DNA of 64,000 nt from an uncultured Verrucomicrobiae bacterium. GTDB lineage: Bacteria; Chlamydiota; Chlamydiia; Chlamydiales; Rhabdochlamydiaceae. A program made the position numbers and the translations under genes. The stretch covers positions 64,001 to 128,000 of the forward strand of contig CAWDYW010000003.1 of NCBI GenBank assembly GCA_963806855.1. The letters are read 5' to 3'. This document shows positions 50,194 to 60,878 of this stretch, piece by piece (position 1 is the first letter of the stretch; every line of letters begins with the position of its first letter). Below the pieces are notes generated by a model. That model was given only the letters and a program-made list of their open reading frames with translations. It made no database searches and had not been told where the DNA came from.

Positions 50194-52859
50194 CTGAGCC
50201 AATAGTTATATTTTTTGATGAACCAAACTTTTACGATCTGGGTGAGACCGCAATAGCAAATTAGGGTTGCGATTAACCAGGGGAAATAGCTTAGGGGTAA
50301 AGGAACCAGGCCTATACTTGCTCCGATCGACGAATAGGGGAGGAAAACCCCGACGGCCATAATGATCGCTGTGGTAAAGAGCAGTGGAAGGGATGCGATG
50401 CTTTGAATAAAGGGAATCTTTTTGGTTCGAATCATATGGACAATCAAAGTTTGCGATAAGAGCCCCTCGATAAACCAACCTGATTGAAATAGAGCTTGAT
50501 TAGCTAGGGTGCTGGCCCCGAAATAAAACCACATGATGGCAAATGTGGTATAGTCAAAGATAGAGCTGATGGGTCCAATAAATAGGGTGAATTTGGCGAT
50601 GCCAGCTGGATTCCATTTACGTGGTTTGAGTAAGAAATCTTGATCGACGTGGTCAAAAGGGATGGCGACTTGCGAAATATCGTACAAGAGGTTTTGGACC
50701 AATATTTGGATCGCTTGCATAGGCAGAAATGGAAGAATAGCGCTTGCGCCAAGGATGCTAAACACATTCCCAAAATTCGAACTAAGAGCCATTTTTATGT
50801 ATTTAATAATATTACCAAAAGTTTTACGCCCTTCGATAACCCCCAGACCTAAAAAGAGGAGATTTTTTTCGAGCATGATGATATCGGCAGCTTCTTTTGC
50901 GATGTCAACACCCGTATCGACCGAAATGCTAATATCTGCTTCATGTAGTCCGGGGGCATCATTGATCCCATCTCCCAGAAAACCGACGGTGTGCCCATTG
51001 GCTTTTAATGCAGTAATAACGCGAGATTTTTGGAGTGGGGAAACTTTAGTAAATATGGTGGTTTTTTCGACTAAATCGTTGAGCTGGGGATCGGTCAATT
51101 TTTCAATTTGAGCCCCTGTCAGAGATCCTTCAATATTTAGATTGACCCAACTGCAAATTTTCCGGGTAACTAACTCATTATCTCCAGTTAATATTTTTAC
51201 TTGAATGGCATACTCTTTCAATTTTGTAAGAGCTTCCGCTGTGGATCCTTTGGGAGGATCCAGAAAAGCTAACAAACCTAAGACAATTAAGTGGTTTTCG
51301 TCTGTAGGTCGATATTCTTTAGCCCCTTGGTTGGGAACTTCCTTATAGGCCAAAATTAATACGCGAAGGCCATCTTCATTCAAGTCGTTTTTTAGGCGAT
51401 TAATCTGTCCTAAAATCTCAGCTGTCAAAGGAACAACTGAACCATTCACTTTGGCCTCAGTACAGATTTCTAATAGTTCTTCGGCCGCTCCTTTACAAAT
51501 TAATAGATTCTTTCCAGAACCATTTTCTACGATGACAGACATCCTACGACGGGTAAAATCGAAAGGGATTTCATCGACCTTTCGATAGTTTTTATCTAAA
51601 TTTAAACGTTTCTCAACTTCTTCGCTATATTCGAGAACTGCAATATCTAATAGGTTTCTTAAGCCCGTTTGATAGTAGCTATTAAGATAGCCATAATTTA
51701 GCACTTCAGTACTATCTTCACCTTCAACATTTAAATATTTATCAAGGATGATCTTATCTTGGGTCAGTGTCCCTGTTTTATCAGCACAAAGCACATCCAT
51801 CGCTCCAAAATTCTGGATGGCATTGAGTCTTTTCACCACCACTTTTTCTTTGGACATGTTGAGCGCGCCTCGAGCCAAGTTGGCAGTGACAATCATCGGC
51901 AGCATTTCAGGTGTGAGTCCAACGGCTACAGAAAGTGCAAAAAGGAAGGCTTCAAACCAAGAGCCTTTTGTAAACCCGTTTAGAAAAAAAACAATTGGCA
52001 CCATCACAAGCATAAAGCGGATTAGCAACCAACTGACTTTATTGACGCCAATATCAAAGCTTGTTAGGGGCCGATGCCCAATAATGCTTTTTGCCATGGA
52101 GCCAAAGTAGGTCAGATGGCCGGACGTGACGATGACAGCTAAGGCCGTTCCGTTGAGCACACTGGTCCCCATATAACACATATTGGGCATCTCGAGCGGA
52201 TTCACAGAATCGGTGGATTTGAAAGATTCATCCTTTTCAACAGGCAAAGATTCTCCGGTTAGGGATCCTTGGCTGACATAGACGTCCTTGGCAGAAATTA
52301 AGCGGACATCGGCTGGGATCATATCACCGGCAGAGAGGTAAATGATATCTCCAGGCACCAAATATTTGATTTCTATCTCCTCTCTCTTTGGTTTTGAATC
52401 TTCAGTTTCACGTCGCAGCACGGTCGCTTTTGTACTGACTAAGGCCTTGAGTTTTTCTGCAGCTTGATTGGAGCGGTATTCTTGGAAAAAACGCATGATC
52501 ACGCTGATTAAAACCATGACGGAAATAATATAGACAGCTTCGATCTCACCAATCAAAAAGGAGACGAGGGCTAGAAGCATTAGTAAGATGATAAAGGGAT
52601 TAGCAAAATTTTTTAGTAATAAAGCGTACCAGGAAGGAGGTCTTTCATGTGCAATTTGGTTTAACCCAAACTGTTTAATTCTCTCTTGAGCGTCCGACTC
52701 CAATAACCCGTCGCTGCTCGTATGCAATGTCTGAAGTAATTCGGGAAGGGGCATTTTTGCATAGTTAACTAGAGCCGCCTCAATCAACTTATTCTGATTG
52801 TTGTGGCTGTCTTTGGGCCTGAGCCGTGAGTGCAAAGCCTGATAAATTTTTAGGAACAT
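50190..52859 (-). CDS. mgtA: Mg2+-translocating P-type ATPase
   Basis: LTGES, AVGLTPEMLPM, DKTGTLT, PFDFTRRRMS, GDGIND, WFIEGLLSQTLIVHMIRT. Start 52859 or 52907. Confidence 0.95.
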   Translation of the reverse strand: MFLKIYQALHSRLRPKDSHNNQNKLIEAALVNYAKMPLPELLQTLHTSSDGLLESDAQERIKQFGLNQIAHERPPSWYALLLKNFANPFIILLMLLALVSFLIGEIEAVYIISVMVLISVIMRFFQEYRSNQAAEKLKALVSTKATVLRRETEDSKPKREEIEIKYLVPGDIIYLSAGDMIPADVRLISAKDVYVSQGSLTGESLPVEKDESFKSTDSVNPLEMPNMCYMGTSVLNGTALAVIVTSGHLTYFGSMAKSIIGHRPLTSFDIGVNKVSWLLIRFMLVMVPIVFFLNGFTKGSWFEAFLFALSVAVGLTPEMLPMIVTANLARGALNMSKEKVVVKRLNAIQNFGAMDVLCADKTGTLTQDKIILDKYLNVEGEDSTEVLNYGYLNSYYQTGLRNLLDIAVLEYSEEVEKRLNLDKNYRKVDEIPFDFTRRRMSVIVENGSGKNLLICKGAAEELLEICTEAKVNGSVVPLTAEILGQINRLKNDLNEDGLRVLILAYKEVPNQGAKEYRPTDENHLIVLGLLAFLDPPKGSTAEALTKLKEYAIQVKILTGDNELVTRKICSWVNLNIEGSLTGAQIEKLTDPQLNDLVEKTTIFTKVSPLQKSRVITALKANGHTVGFLGDGINDAPGLHEADISISVDTGVDIAKEAADIIMLEKNLLFLGLGVIEGRKTFGNIIKYIKMALSSNFGNVFSILGASAILPFLPMQAIQILVQNLLYDISQVAIPFDHVDQDFLLKPRKWNPAGIAKFTLFIGPISSIFDYTTFAIMWFYFGASTLANQALFQSGWFIEGLLSQTLIVHMIRTKKIPFIQSIASLPLLFTTAIIMAVGVFLPYSSIGASIGLVPLPLSYFPWLIATLICYCGLTQIVKVWFIKKYNYWLS

Positions 52860-52986
52860 TGGACCTCTTGCATAACTATGGTTCTTTTGAACCGATTTTC
52901 GATTCAAATTGCAGGGGTAATATCGACTGGTATATACTCAAGCTTCCCAAATTTTCCAAGTGCTAAAAATTTGCTCCAGGAAGGAA

Positions 52987-53544
52987 CTATACCCCTTCCG
53001 GCTGCTTTGCTTGCCAATAGGCGTCCCCGTAATCGATGAGGAGCTCCTGGCCGGCAGGAATAGGGCAAATCGTCTTAAAACCGAAGTGAAACGAGCCGCC
53101 GTGGGGAATCCAAGTAACCCCTGCATTGGGTTCTTTGCCGAGGCCGCGATAGTCATTCACAAAGGCGAGTTCATTTGCAATATTCTTAGGATCAATGACT
53201 AAAAACTGGTCCCCAAGTTTTAGACAGCAGGCGTATTTAGATAGGTCCTTCGGGGCGTCTGTTAGGGAAAGCTCCCCGACAAACTCGCCCAGAATAACAT
53301 CTTTTTCAATGGGTGCTGTGGCAAAAACACCTCGCTCGCCTGCAAGCGGATGGGGCTTTTTGAGTAATGCGAGGGCGATATGGGGATGAACTTTTCCTTG
53401 GGCGATGAGGGGAGAAATGACATCTGGGTCATTCTCTTGTCCAAAACAACACCGCAAATAGAGCTTTAGGGTGAACGAATCGCAACCCTTGAGCAAGGAT
53501 TCGCCGGAGTAAGTGAACTGTTTTGGCCAATATTTAGGGGGCAT
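52987..53544 (-). CDS. SET-domain protein-lysine methyltransferase-like protein
   Basis: RGVFA, LGEFVGEL, NELAFVND, ELLIDYG..YW. Confidence 0.85.
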   Translation of the reverse strand: MPPKYWPKQFTYSGESLLKGCDSFTLKLYLRCCFGQENDPDVISPLIAQGKVHPHIALALLKKPHPLAGERGVFATAPIEKDVILGEFVGELSLTDAPKDLSKYACCLKLGDQFLVIDPKNIANELAFVNDYRGLGKEPNAGVTWIPHGGSFHFGFKTICPIPAGQELLIDYGDAYWQAKQPEGV

Positions 53545-53684
53545 ACCTTTTTTTCATATTATCGAGGATTGAATAAAAGTGAGAAAAAACTAACAATCGA
53601 CTCAAGCGCATGAATAGCTTATAGATGAAATCTATTGCAAGACATTTATGTAACTAATATACGAGGAAATAGGGGAGTAAGTTT

Positions 53685-53774
53685 ATGGCTCTATTTCAGC
53701 AAGGTCTTTTATTTTTGTCGGTGGGAGTGTTGGGCTATCTTCTCGCAGCAATCATTTGGCCGGAGAGGTTTTGA
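53685..53774 (+). CDS. kdpF: K+-transporting ATPase subunit F (29 aa; below the ORF-track cutoff)
   Basis: MALFQQGLLFLSVGVLGYLLAAIIWPERF*; GGGGAG SD; ends 3 nt before kdpA. Confidence 0.9.
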   Translation: MALFQQGLLFLSVGVLGYLLAAIIWPERF

Positions 53775-53777
53775 TAG

Positions 53778-55487
53778 ATGCAAACGGCCGATTGGATACA
53801 GCTAATCATCTTTCTCGGCATTATCATCCTTTTAACAAAACCAGTAGGAATATATCTTTACAAGATTTTGACGCCTAATGAATCGACTTTTCTCGATCCT
53901 GTCCTTAAGCCTGTAGAAAAACTGATCTATCGGGCCTGCCGCATCAATCCTCTTCTTGAGCAAAATTGGAAAGACTATCTTGCCTGTATCATGGGTTTTA
54001 GTCTGATTTCTCTTCTCTTTACTTTCGCCCTTCTAGCAGCTCAACATTATTTGCCTTTTAATCCACAGCATTTTGCCGCCCCTTCTTGGGACTTGAATCT
54101 CAACACCTCCACCAGCTTTATGACAAATACCGACTGGCAAAACTATGGCGGGGAATCGACAATGTCCTATTTCTCTCAAATGGCGGGATTGGCCGTGCAG
54201 AACTTTGTCTCCGCAGCAGTAGGACTTGCCGTCGCAGCAGCTCTGGTACGGGGGATTGCTAGAAAGACGGGGAAAACAATTGGTAATTTTTGGGCAGATT
54301 TGGTCCGGATTAGCCTCTATCTTTTACTCCCTATTTCGATCATTTGCGCTACTTTCTTTCTCTCAGAAGGGGTCCCACAGAACCTCAACCCATATGCAAA
54401 AGCGGAAACCTTGGAAATGGGGGTACAAACTATTGTACAAGGGCCGATTGCTTCTCAACAGGCGATTAAGATTCTCGGGACTAATGGGGGTGGGTTTACA
54501 AATGCCAATTCTGCCCACCCATATGAAAATCCCACTCCGTTATCCAACTTTTTTCAGATTCTTCTTATTCTTTTGATTCCTGCGGGACAAATTTATTATT
54601 TTGGGCGCAGTGTGGGCGATACAAAACATGCCTGGTGCATTTTCTCTGCGCTAGCGATTCTCTTTATCGCGGGGATTCTATTGTGCGCTCACTCCGAAGC
54701 TGTGGGGAATCCTGCCTTCGAGCATTTGGGATTAACCGGCGGCAACTGGGAAGGGAAAGAACAACGTTTTGGACTATTTGGTTCCGCCCTCTATGCCTGC
54801 GCAACCACGGTGGTCTCTTGTGGCGCAGTCAATTGCATGCATGATTCTTTGACCCCGATAGGAGGTCTTATCCCCATGCTCAATATCCAGTTAAGTGAAA
54901 CCATTTTTGGGGGTATTGGAGCGGGTCTTTATAGCATTCTTCTCTATGTGTTTCTTGCGATTTTCATTGCCGGTTTGGTGGTTGGGCGAACCCCTGAATA
55001 TTTAGGGAAAAAGATTGAATCCTTTGACGTCAAGATGACGATGATCGCTATCCTTTCCTATGTTCTTATTGTCCATGCTTTTACTGCTTGGAGCTGTTTT
55101 AGCGATTGGGGGGTCAAGGCACTTGGCAATACAGGCGCTCACGGATTTAGCGAAATCCTCTACGCCTATAGTTCCTGCGCTGCAAATAATGGGAGCGCAT
55201 TTGCTGGACTCTCAGGCAATACGCCACCCTATAACTTAACTTTAGCCGTAGCGATGTTTTTAGGGAGGTTCCTCGTTGTCGGTCCAGTGATTGCCCTAGC
55301 GGGGTCGCTGGTTCAAAAGAGAGTCCATCCTAAAAGTGCGGGCTCTTTTCCCATATCGAGTCTCATTTTTATTTCTCTTATCGTGGGGGTCATCATTCTT
55401 TTAGGAGCATTGACATTTTTACCCGCTTTGACGATGGGGCCGATTATTGAGCAATTTCACATGCTAACAGGGAAGCTTTTCTCATGA
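53778..55487 (+). CDS. kdpA: K+-transporting ATPase subunit A
   Basis: SFMTNTDWQNYGGE, GTNGGG, NSAHPYENP, NNGSAF. Confidence 0.98.
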   Translation: MQTADWIQLIIFLGIIILLTKPVGIYLYKILTPNESTFLDPVLKPVEKLIYRACRINPLLEQNWKDYLACIMGFSLISLLFTFALLAAQHYLPFNPQHFAAPSWDLNLNTSTSFMTNTDWQNYGGESTMSYFSQMAGLAVQNFVSAAVGLAVAAALVRGIARKTGKTIGNFWADLVRISLYLLLPISIICATFFLSEGVPQNLNPYAKAETLEMGVQTIVQGPIASQQAIKILGTNGGGFTNANSAHPYENPTPLSNFFQILLILLIPAGQIYYFGRSVGDTKHAWCIFSALAILFIAGILLCAHSEAVGNPAFEHLGLTGGNWEGKEQRFGLFGSALYACATTVVSCGAVNCMHDSLTPIGGLIPMLNIQLSETIFGGIGAGLYSILLYVFLAIFIAGLVVGRTPEYLGKKIESFDVKMTMIAILSYVLIVHAFTAWSCFSDWGVKALGNTGAHGFSEILYAYSSCAANNGSAFAGLSGNTPPYNLTLAVAMFLGRFLVVGPVIALAGSLVQKRVHPKSAGSFPISSLIFISLIVGVIILLGALTFLPALTMGPIIEQFHMLTGKLFS

Positions 55488-57487
55488 CTTCCGCATTCCC
55501 TAAAAAACTTTTCATCTATGCCTTCCTCCAATCGCTAAAAAAATTAAATCCTTACGAGCTCTTACATAACCCTGTGATGTTTATTACAGAAATCGGGGCT
55601 ATCATCACCACCATCGAGTGGCTTTTCCTCTCTACTGACAATCCCTTTTTTTACTCGCAAGTGACGATTTGGCTATGGCTTACTGTCCTTTTTGCCAATT
55701 TTGCCGAAGCGATTGCTGAAGTGCGCAACAAGTCCCAAGCAGAGTCTCTCCGCCACGGCAGAATAGAGACGATGGCCCATTTGCAGCAAAAAGATGGAAG
55801 TTATCTTACGGTGAACTGCAAAGAACTCAAAAAAAATGATATCGCAAAAGTTTCGGCGGGAGAGGTTATTCCGGCGGATGGGGAGATTATTGAAGGGATA
55901 GCCTCGATAGATGAGTCGGCAGTGACGGGAGAATCAGCCCCTGTGATTCGCGCCGCTGAAACAGATCATAGTTCTGTAACTGCTGGAACAAAAGTTCTCT
56001 CCGATTATATTCTTATTAGGATCTCTTCAGATCCAGGGAGCAGCTTCCTGGATCGGATGATCGATCTGATTGAAAGTGCCAAGAGAAAAAAATCTCCCAA
56101 TGAGATCGCTTTAACCATTCTCCTCTCCGGGCTGACCTTCATTTTCGTCGTCGTCGTCGTAGCAATGAAGATCTTCGGCACATACTTCCACGTCGATTTT
56201 TCTGTGACGATGTTAGTGGCTCTTTTGATTTGCTTAATCCCTACCACGATCGCGGGCCTGCTCAGCGCCATAGGCATTGCTGGCATCAATCGCCTGATGA
56301 AAAAACATGTGCTCGCTCTCAGTGGCCAAGCCGTAGAGGCCGCAGGGGATATCGATATGATCCTGATCGATAAGACAGGGACAATTACCGTCGGCCATCG
56401 ACAGGCCTCTGAGATCACCGTTGCATCCGATGTGTCGCTACAGGATTTTGTTAAAGCGACCTATTATTCCACCCTGCATGATCTAACGGATGAAGGGAGA
56501 AGCATCATCAATTTTCTCAAACAACATTACGAAAAAGAGTTGCCCCCAGAGCGCTCGAGCCTCATATCTATCCCCTTTACTGCACAGACGCGCATGAGTG
56601 GAGCTGATCTTGATGGAGAAAAATTCCGCAAAGGAGCTACGGATGCCGTTGAGAAGTTTATAGGGCATAATCTCCCTATGGAACTTGCTAATACTGTCAA
56701 AAAATATGCTGAGCGAGGAGGCACGCCTCTGATAGTCTGTAATGGACACCGTGCGCTGGGTGTTATTCTATTGAAAGACATCGTAAAGAAAGGACTTACC
56801 GAGCTGTTTTCTCGTTTTCGTTCCATGGGAATACGCACCGTGATGATCACAGGAGATAATCCCATCACCGCTGCTACAATAGCAAAAGAGGCAGGGCTTG
56901 ACGATTTCCTCGCTGAAGTAACACCCGAGCAAAAACTGAAAACCGTTCTTCAAATGCAAAAAGAAGGAAGGATGGTAGCCATGACTGGAGACGGTGTCAA
57001 CGATGCGCCAGCTCTAGCACAAGCAGATGTCGGCGTAGCGATGAATTCTGGAACGCAGGCAGCGAAAGAAGCGGGGAACATGATTGATCTGGACTCCCAT
57101 CCCAGCAAACTCTTTGAAATCATTGAGATCGGGAAACAAATGCTGATGACGCGGGGTGCCCTAACTACTTTTTCAACTGCCAATGATATTGCAAAATACT
57201 TTGCCATCATCCCTGCGATACTGATTCCCTTTTTTCCTTCTGTTAGCGCGCTGAATTTGATGCGTCTTGCTACCCCGCAAAGCGCTGTATTAAGCGCAGT
57301 GATTTTTAATGCGGTAATCATTCCAGCGCTCATTCCTCTCGCTTTTAGAGGGGTTAAAATGATCCCTCAGCAGGCATTGCTCATCTTGCGGCGGAACCTT
57401 CTCATTTACGGAGTGGGTGGGATTGTGCTGCCCTTTATTGGCATTAAGCTCATCGATTTGCTGCTGATCAGGTTGGGGGTAATATGA
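55484..57487 (+). CDS. kdpB: K+-transporting ATPase subunit B
   Basis: TGES, IPTTI, DKTGT, KGA, GDGVNDAPAL. Confidence 0.98.
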   Translation: MTSAFPKKLFIYAFLQSLKKLNPYELLHNPVMFITEIGAIITTIEWLFLSTDNPFFYSQVTIWLWLTVLFANFAEAIAEVRNKSQAESLRHGRIETMAHLQQKDGSYLTVNCKELKKNDIAKVSAGEVIPADGEIIEGIASIDESAVTGESAPVIRAAETDHSSVTAGTKVLSDYILIRISSDPGSSFLDRMIDLIESAKRKKSPNEIALTILLSGLTFIFVVVVVAMKIFGTYFHVDFSVTMLVALLICLIPTTIAGLLSAIGIAGINRLMKKHVLALSGQAVEAAGDIDMILIDKTGTITVGHRQASEITVASDVSLQDFVKATYYSTLHDLTDEGRSIINFLKQHYEKELPPERSSLISIPFTAQTRMSGADLDGEKFRKGATDAVEKFIGHNLPMELANTVKKYAERGGTPLIVCNGHRALGVILLKDIVKKGLTELFSRFRSMGIRTVMITGDNPITAATIAKEAGLDDFLAEVTPEQKLKTVLQMQKEGRMVAMTGDGVNDAPALAQADVGVAMNSGTQAAKEAGNMIDLDSHPSKLFEIIEIGKQMLMTRGALTTFSTANDIAKYFAIIPAILIPFFPSVSALNLMRLATPQSAVLSAVIFNAVIIPALIPLAFRGVKMIPQQALLILRRNLLIYGVGGIVLPFIGIKLIDLLLIRLGVI

Positions 57488-58089
57488 AAACATTTTTCGG
57501 CTCCTTAAAACCTGCCTTGATTGCATTAGCGCTTTTAACTGTAATCTTAGGAATTCTCTACCCCCTATTTATATACGGGATCGGAGAGCTTTTTTTTCAT
57601 AAAAAGACAAATGGGACCCTATTTTACGATAAAGTTGGAAAAATCGTGGGTTCGGAGTGGATCGGGCAAAACTTCACCAAGCCCGAGTATTTTCATCCAA
57701 GACCTTCAGCTGCGGGGGATAAAGGATATGATGCCACCAGTTCTTCTGGGAGCAATCTCGGCCCCACATCGCAAAAGCTTGTCGATACTCTCAAGAAAAG
57801 AGCAGCTGACTATCGATCTGAAAATAAATTGCCCCCTGATGCCGTGATCCCGGCCGATGCCGTTACCGCTTCAGGGAGCGGGCTAGATCCTCATATTAGC
57901 GTCAGCAATGCTCTGCTACAAGCGGCTCGCATTGCAGCTGCGCGCCATTTAAATACAGATCAGGTGAAAACACTCATTGAGGAATTTACTGAAGCCCCCA
58001 CGTGGGGACTTTTTGGAGAGAGTCGCATCAATGTTCTTCGCATTAATCTTCGATTAGATGAAATCAGCCCTTCCAAAAAGTCATTATGA
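57484..58089 (+). CDS. kdpC: K+-transporting ATPase subunit C
   Basis: IGQNF, YFHPRPS, SNLGPT, TASGSGLDPHIS. Confidence 0.98.
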   Translation: MKTFFGSLKPALIALALLTVILGILYPLFIYGIGELFFHKKTNGTLFYDKVGKIVGSEWIGQNFTKPEYFHPRPSAAGDKGYDATSSSGSNLGPTSQKLVDTLKKRAADYRSENKLPPDAVIPADAVTASGSGLDPHISVSNALLQAARIAAARHLNTDQVKTLIEEFTEAPTWGLFGESRINVLRINLRLDEISPSKKSL

Positions 58090-59063
58090 AAAGTAGAACG
58101 CTCCTTTTTGGCCTCGTTCTTTTAACGGCTCTTGCTTATGCAGATGAGGGACCTTCAGCCCCTAGCGCTCCTACACCCTGGTTGACAGGTCCATTGATTG
58201 CCCCTACTGGAACGGTCATTCCCTATGGACACTTCACAATTGAATCTTATCTCTATTGCACGACCAATTCAGGGACTTACAACAAAGACTGGCATTACGT
58301 CTCTTCACCACATAACTTTTTCATCTTAAACCCTCAGTTTCTCTGTTACTTTGGATTGACCTCTTGGATGGATATCAAAATTACCCCTCAATTTTTTTAT
58401 AATACGACCTCTAATCAACACTCAGGAGGCTTTGGCGATTTTACAGTTGGATTGGATTTTCAATTGTTTGATGCTGGAGCTAAAACAAATTTTCCCGGAA
58501 TCAAATTTGCGGTCAAGGAAACATTTCCTACTGGAAAGTATCAGCACCTGAATCCTAAAAAGCTGATGACCGATCAGACCGGCGCTGGAACTTATGCGAC
58601 GATTTTTAATTTGGTTCTCTATAAAGTTTATCACCTCGGAACCGGCCACCATTTTTTAAGCACAACCTATTACGCATCCTATACAATCAATATTCCCATC
58701 ACTGTGCGTGGTTTTAATACTTATGGAGGGGGCTTTGGAACACGTGGCAAAGTTCTTCCAGGGAATATTTTTCAAGCGACCATAAGCTTTGAGTACTCAC
58801 TCAATCAAAATTGGGTCATCGCCCTGGATAATGTGTATACCCACACCGATCACACTGAATTTTTCGGCGCTCTAGGAAGGACATCTTCCGGCGCTCAGGC
58901 AAGTGTTGAAAGCCCTTCGAATGAACAGATTAGTTTTGCTCCGGCCCTGGAATACAACTTCAGCAGTCACTTTGGAATTTGCGCCGGCTGTTGGTTCACA
59001 GCCTGGGGAAGAAACAGCACTGCATTTATCAGCGGTGTTGTGAACTTTGACTATACCTATTAG
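58086..59063 (+). CDS. Putative outer-membrane beta-barrel/transporter coupled to kdpC
   Basis: Signal peptide, GFGD...FPTGKY, amphipathic strands, terminal aromatic residue (FDYTY); ATGA overlap with kdpC. Confidence 0.7.
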   Translation: MKSRTLLFGLVLLTALAYADEGPSAPSAPTPWLTGPLIAPTGTVIPYGHFTIESYLYCTTNSGTYNKDWHYVSSPHNFFILNPQFLCYFGLTSWMDIKITPQFFYNTTSNQHSGGFGDFTVGLDFQLFDAGAKTNFPGIKFAVKETFPTGKYQHLNPKKLMTDQTGAGTYATIFNLVLYKVYHLGTGHHFLSTTYYASYTINIPITVRGFNTYGGGFGTRGKVLPGNIFQATISFEYSLNQNWVIALDNVYTHTDHTEFFGALGRTSSGAQASVESPSNEQISFAPALEYNFSSHFGICAGCWFTAWGRNSTAFISGVVNFDYTY

Positions 59064-59167
59064 AAAAAAGCTTTACCACTCTCTTGCGCACCTATTCTTG
59101 AACTGATTGAATAGGAAATCCAAAGGACAGCGGTCAAAAAGAGAGATACGATTCAAGGGTGTCGCTT

Positions 59168-60586
59168 TTACCAAACAGGTCTATCAGCACCAAAAGGCTG
59201 CATAAGAGTTAAATTTGATTCAGGCATATTGGAAAATTGGACTGCTGGTGCAAGTTGGGTTATGTCCCCGTAGGTCGTGGGCTTAGTGATAAGCTTTAAG
59301 GGATAATTATCGCTGCTGGGACACTGCAAATATAGCTTTTTCTCTATTAAGCCTAGGTCCTGTACCCACATTGCAGATTTTGCAAGGGAGATTTTCACGT
59401 GATAGGAGCCCCCTTCTTTTGCACGTCTTAGTAAAGCAATCATCATGCCCGCTGCAGCAAAATAGGCTGAGATTAGGTCATTTAAATAGAAAACGGGCGA
59501 GTATTTGGGTTCATCGGGAGATCCTTCTGTAATTGAAAATCCTGTTGCAACTTGTGCATTTTGATCAAACCCAGGTCTGTTTATCCATGGCCCGTCATGT
59601 CCGTAGGCATTGATTGAAAGGTAGACTAGCCCTTTAGTGCTCATTTTTGCGCAGTCTTTGGCGGCAATTGAAAATTTTTCAACCACAGAAGGTCTATAGG
59701 ACTGAGCAAATACATCTGCATTCTCTATGAGTTTGCATAAACTATCTTGATCGGCTTCTTGTTTTAAATTTAAATAAGCGGATCGTTTTCCAAAGTTCAC
59801 TGCAAAGTTTTGCGCCAGCGTATCTCTTTCATAGGGAGAGCTTATATGTAACACGTTTGCACCAAACTCAGCCAATGTTCGTGTACTTCTCGGCCCAGCA
59901 AGTACGTGTGTGAAATCCAGTACGCGAATTTCCGATAAAGGGGTCGAAGGATTTTCAGCAAAATGCACAGGAGGAGAATCTGCTATTTTTTCAATTTCGA
60001 TGATGGGAACATCAATCAAATATTTGCCCTGCGGATGCAGTCTCCACTCGTCTCTTGTATATGCAACTGAACATGGCAATCCAAGATCCGATAGTTTTTC
60101 TTGAAGTAGTTCAGAATCCCAAGATGAGATTGATCTGGCAATTGATTTTCGATTGTTTCCGCAGTCAAAAAAATTTAAATAGCCATTCATAAGCTTCTGA
60201 TAAGGAGGACCCGATTCAATCATTACTTTTCGTCCATCTTTGCAGGTAAAAATGCCGTTTGTTGGGACAATTTCTGCTCCAAGAGGGATATGATGTCCCG
60301 ACTGCCAAATAAAATGAGTAGGATGTAAGTAATGAATAGCATCGAAAATATTTAATGAGATATCACTTTGATTTCCTGTACGATAATTCCAAATAGCAGC
60401 AGCAGCAATGGACTGAAAAATTAATACAGAACTAATCGCTTCCCCGAGGCGATGTGGCGACTTTAATATTGGATCATGTCCTTCAAGAGTAACCTCGCCT
60501 TGAAAAAATTCAGCTAACCCATATTGTTTGATTAGGTTCTCAAGAACGGGTAATTCTCCATTTTTGAGAGAGAAAATTTTTTTCAT
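59168..60586 (-). CDS. CoA-transferase family III (CaiB/BaiF)
   Basis: RVLDFTHVLAGP, GKRS, DVFAQSYRP, RPGFD. Confidence 0.92.
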   Translation of the reverse strand: MKKIFSLKNGELPVLENLIKQYGLAEFFQGEVTLEGHDPILKSPHRLGEAISSVLIFQSIAAAAIWNYRTGNQSDISLNIFDAIHYLHPTHFIWQSGHHIPLGAEIVPTNGIFTCKDGRKVMIESGPPYQKLMNGYLNFFDCGNNRKSIARSISSWDSELLQEKLSDLGLPCSVAYTRDEWRLHPQGKYLIDVPIIEIEKIADSPPVHFAENPSTPLSEIRVLDFTHVLAGPRSTRTLAEFGANVLHISSPYERDTLAQNFAVNFGKRSAYLNLKQEADQDSLCKLIENADVFAQSYRPSVVEKFSIAAKDCAKMSTKGLVYLSINAYGHDGPWINRPGFDQNAQVATGFSITEGSPDEPKYSPVFYLNDLISAYFAAAGMMIALLRRAKEGGSYHVKISLAKSAMWVQDLGLIEKKLYLQCPSSDNYPLKLITKPTTYGDITQLAPAVQFSNMPESNLTLMQPFGADRPVW

Positions 60587-60820
60587 ATTCGACGCATATT
60601 GGATCCGTTAAACTTAGAATGTAAAAATATTTAATAGGTGTCAACAACTACTCATCGACGAATTTTGGATATGATTTTGATGGGGTCCCCAATGGATGCT
60701 TATTTGGGGCGGAACACTTTTCGTAACTGGTTTTAGAATTTTCTGTAATAGGGGTTTAGGGAGCAATGGAATAAATCAGTATTTTATTATACAGGTCTTT
60801 CAGCAAAGTGCTGTAGTACA

Positions 60821-60849
60821 TTGACAAGTTCTGATGGATTTCCTATATG
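60821..60849 (+). promoter_or_regulatory. Putative sigma66 promoter of the OYE gene
   Basis: TTGACA-N17-TATATG. Confidence 0.5.
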
Positions 60850-60878
60850 CATATAGTAACAGGAGATTCATCATTATA

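Noticed and set aside
52860..52986. MgtL-type leader or Mg2+ riboswitch upstream of mgtA
   Set aside because: No convincing Pro-rich uORF or M-box features could be seen in the short gap.
53641..53665. KdpE-box-like TTTATG-N5-AATATA upstream of kdpF
   Set aside because: Too degenerate in AT-rich DNA, and no kdpE in the window.
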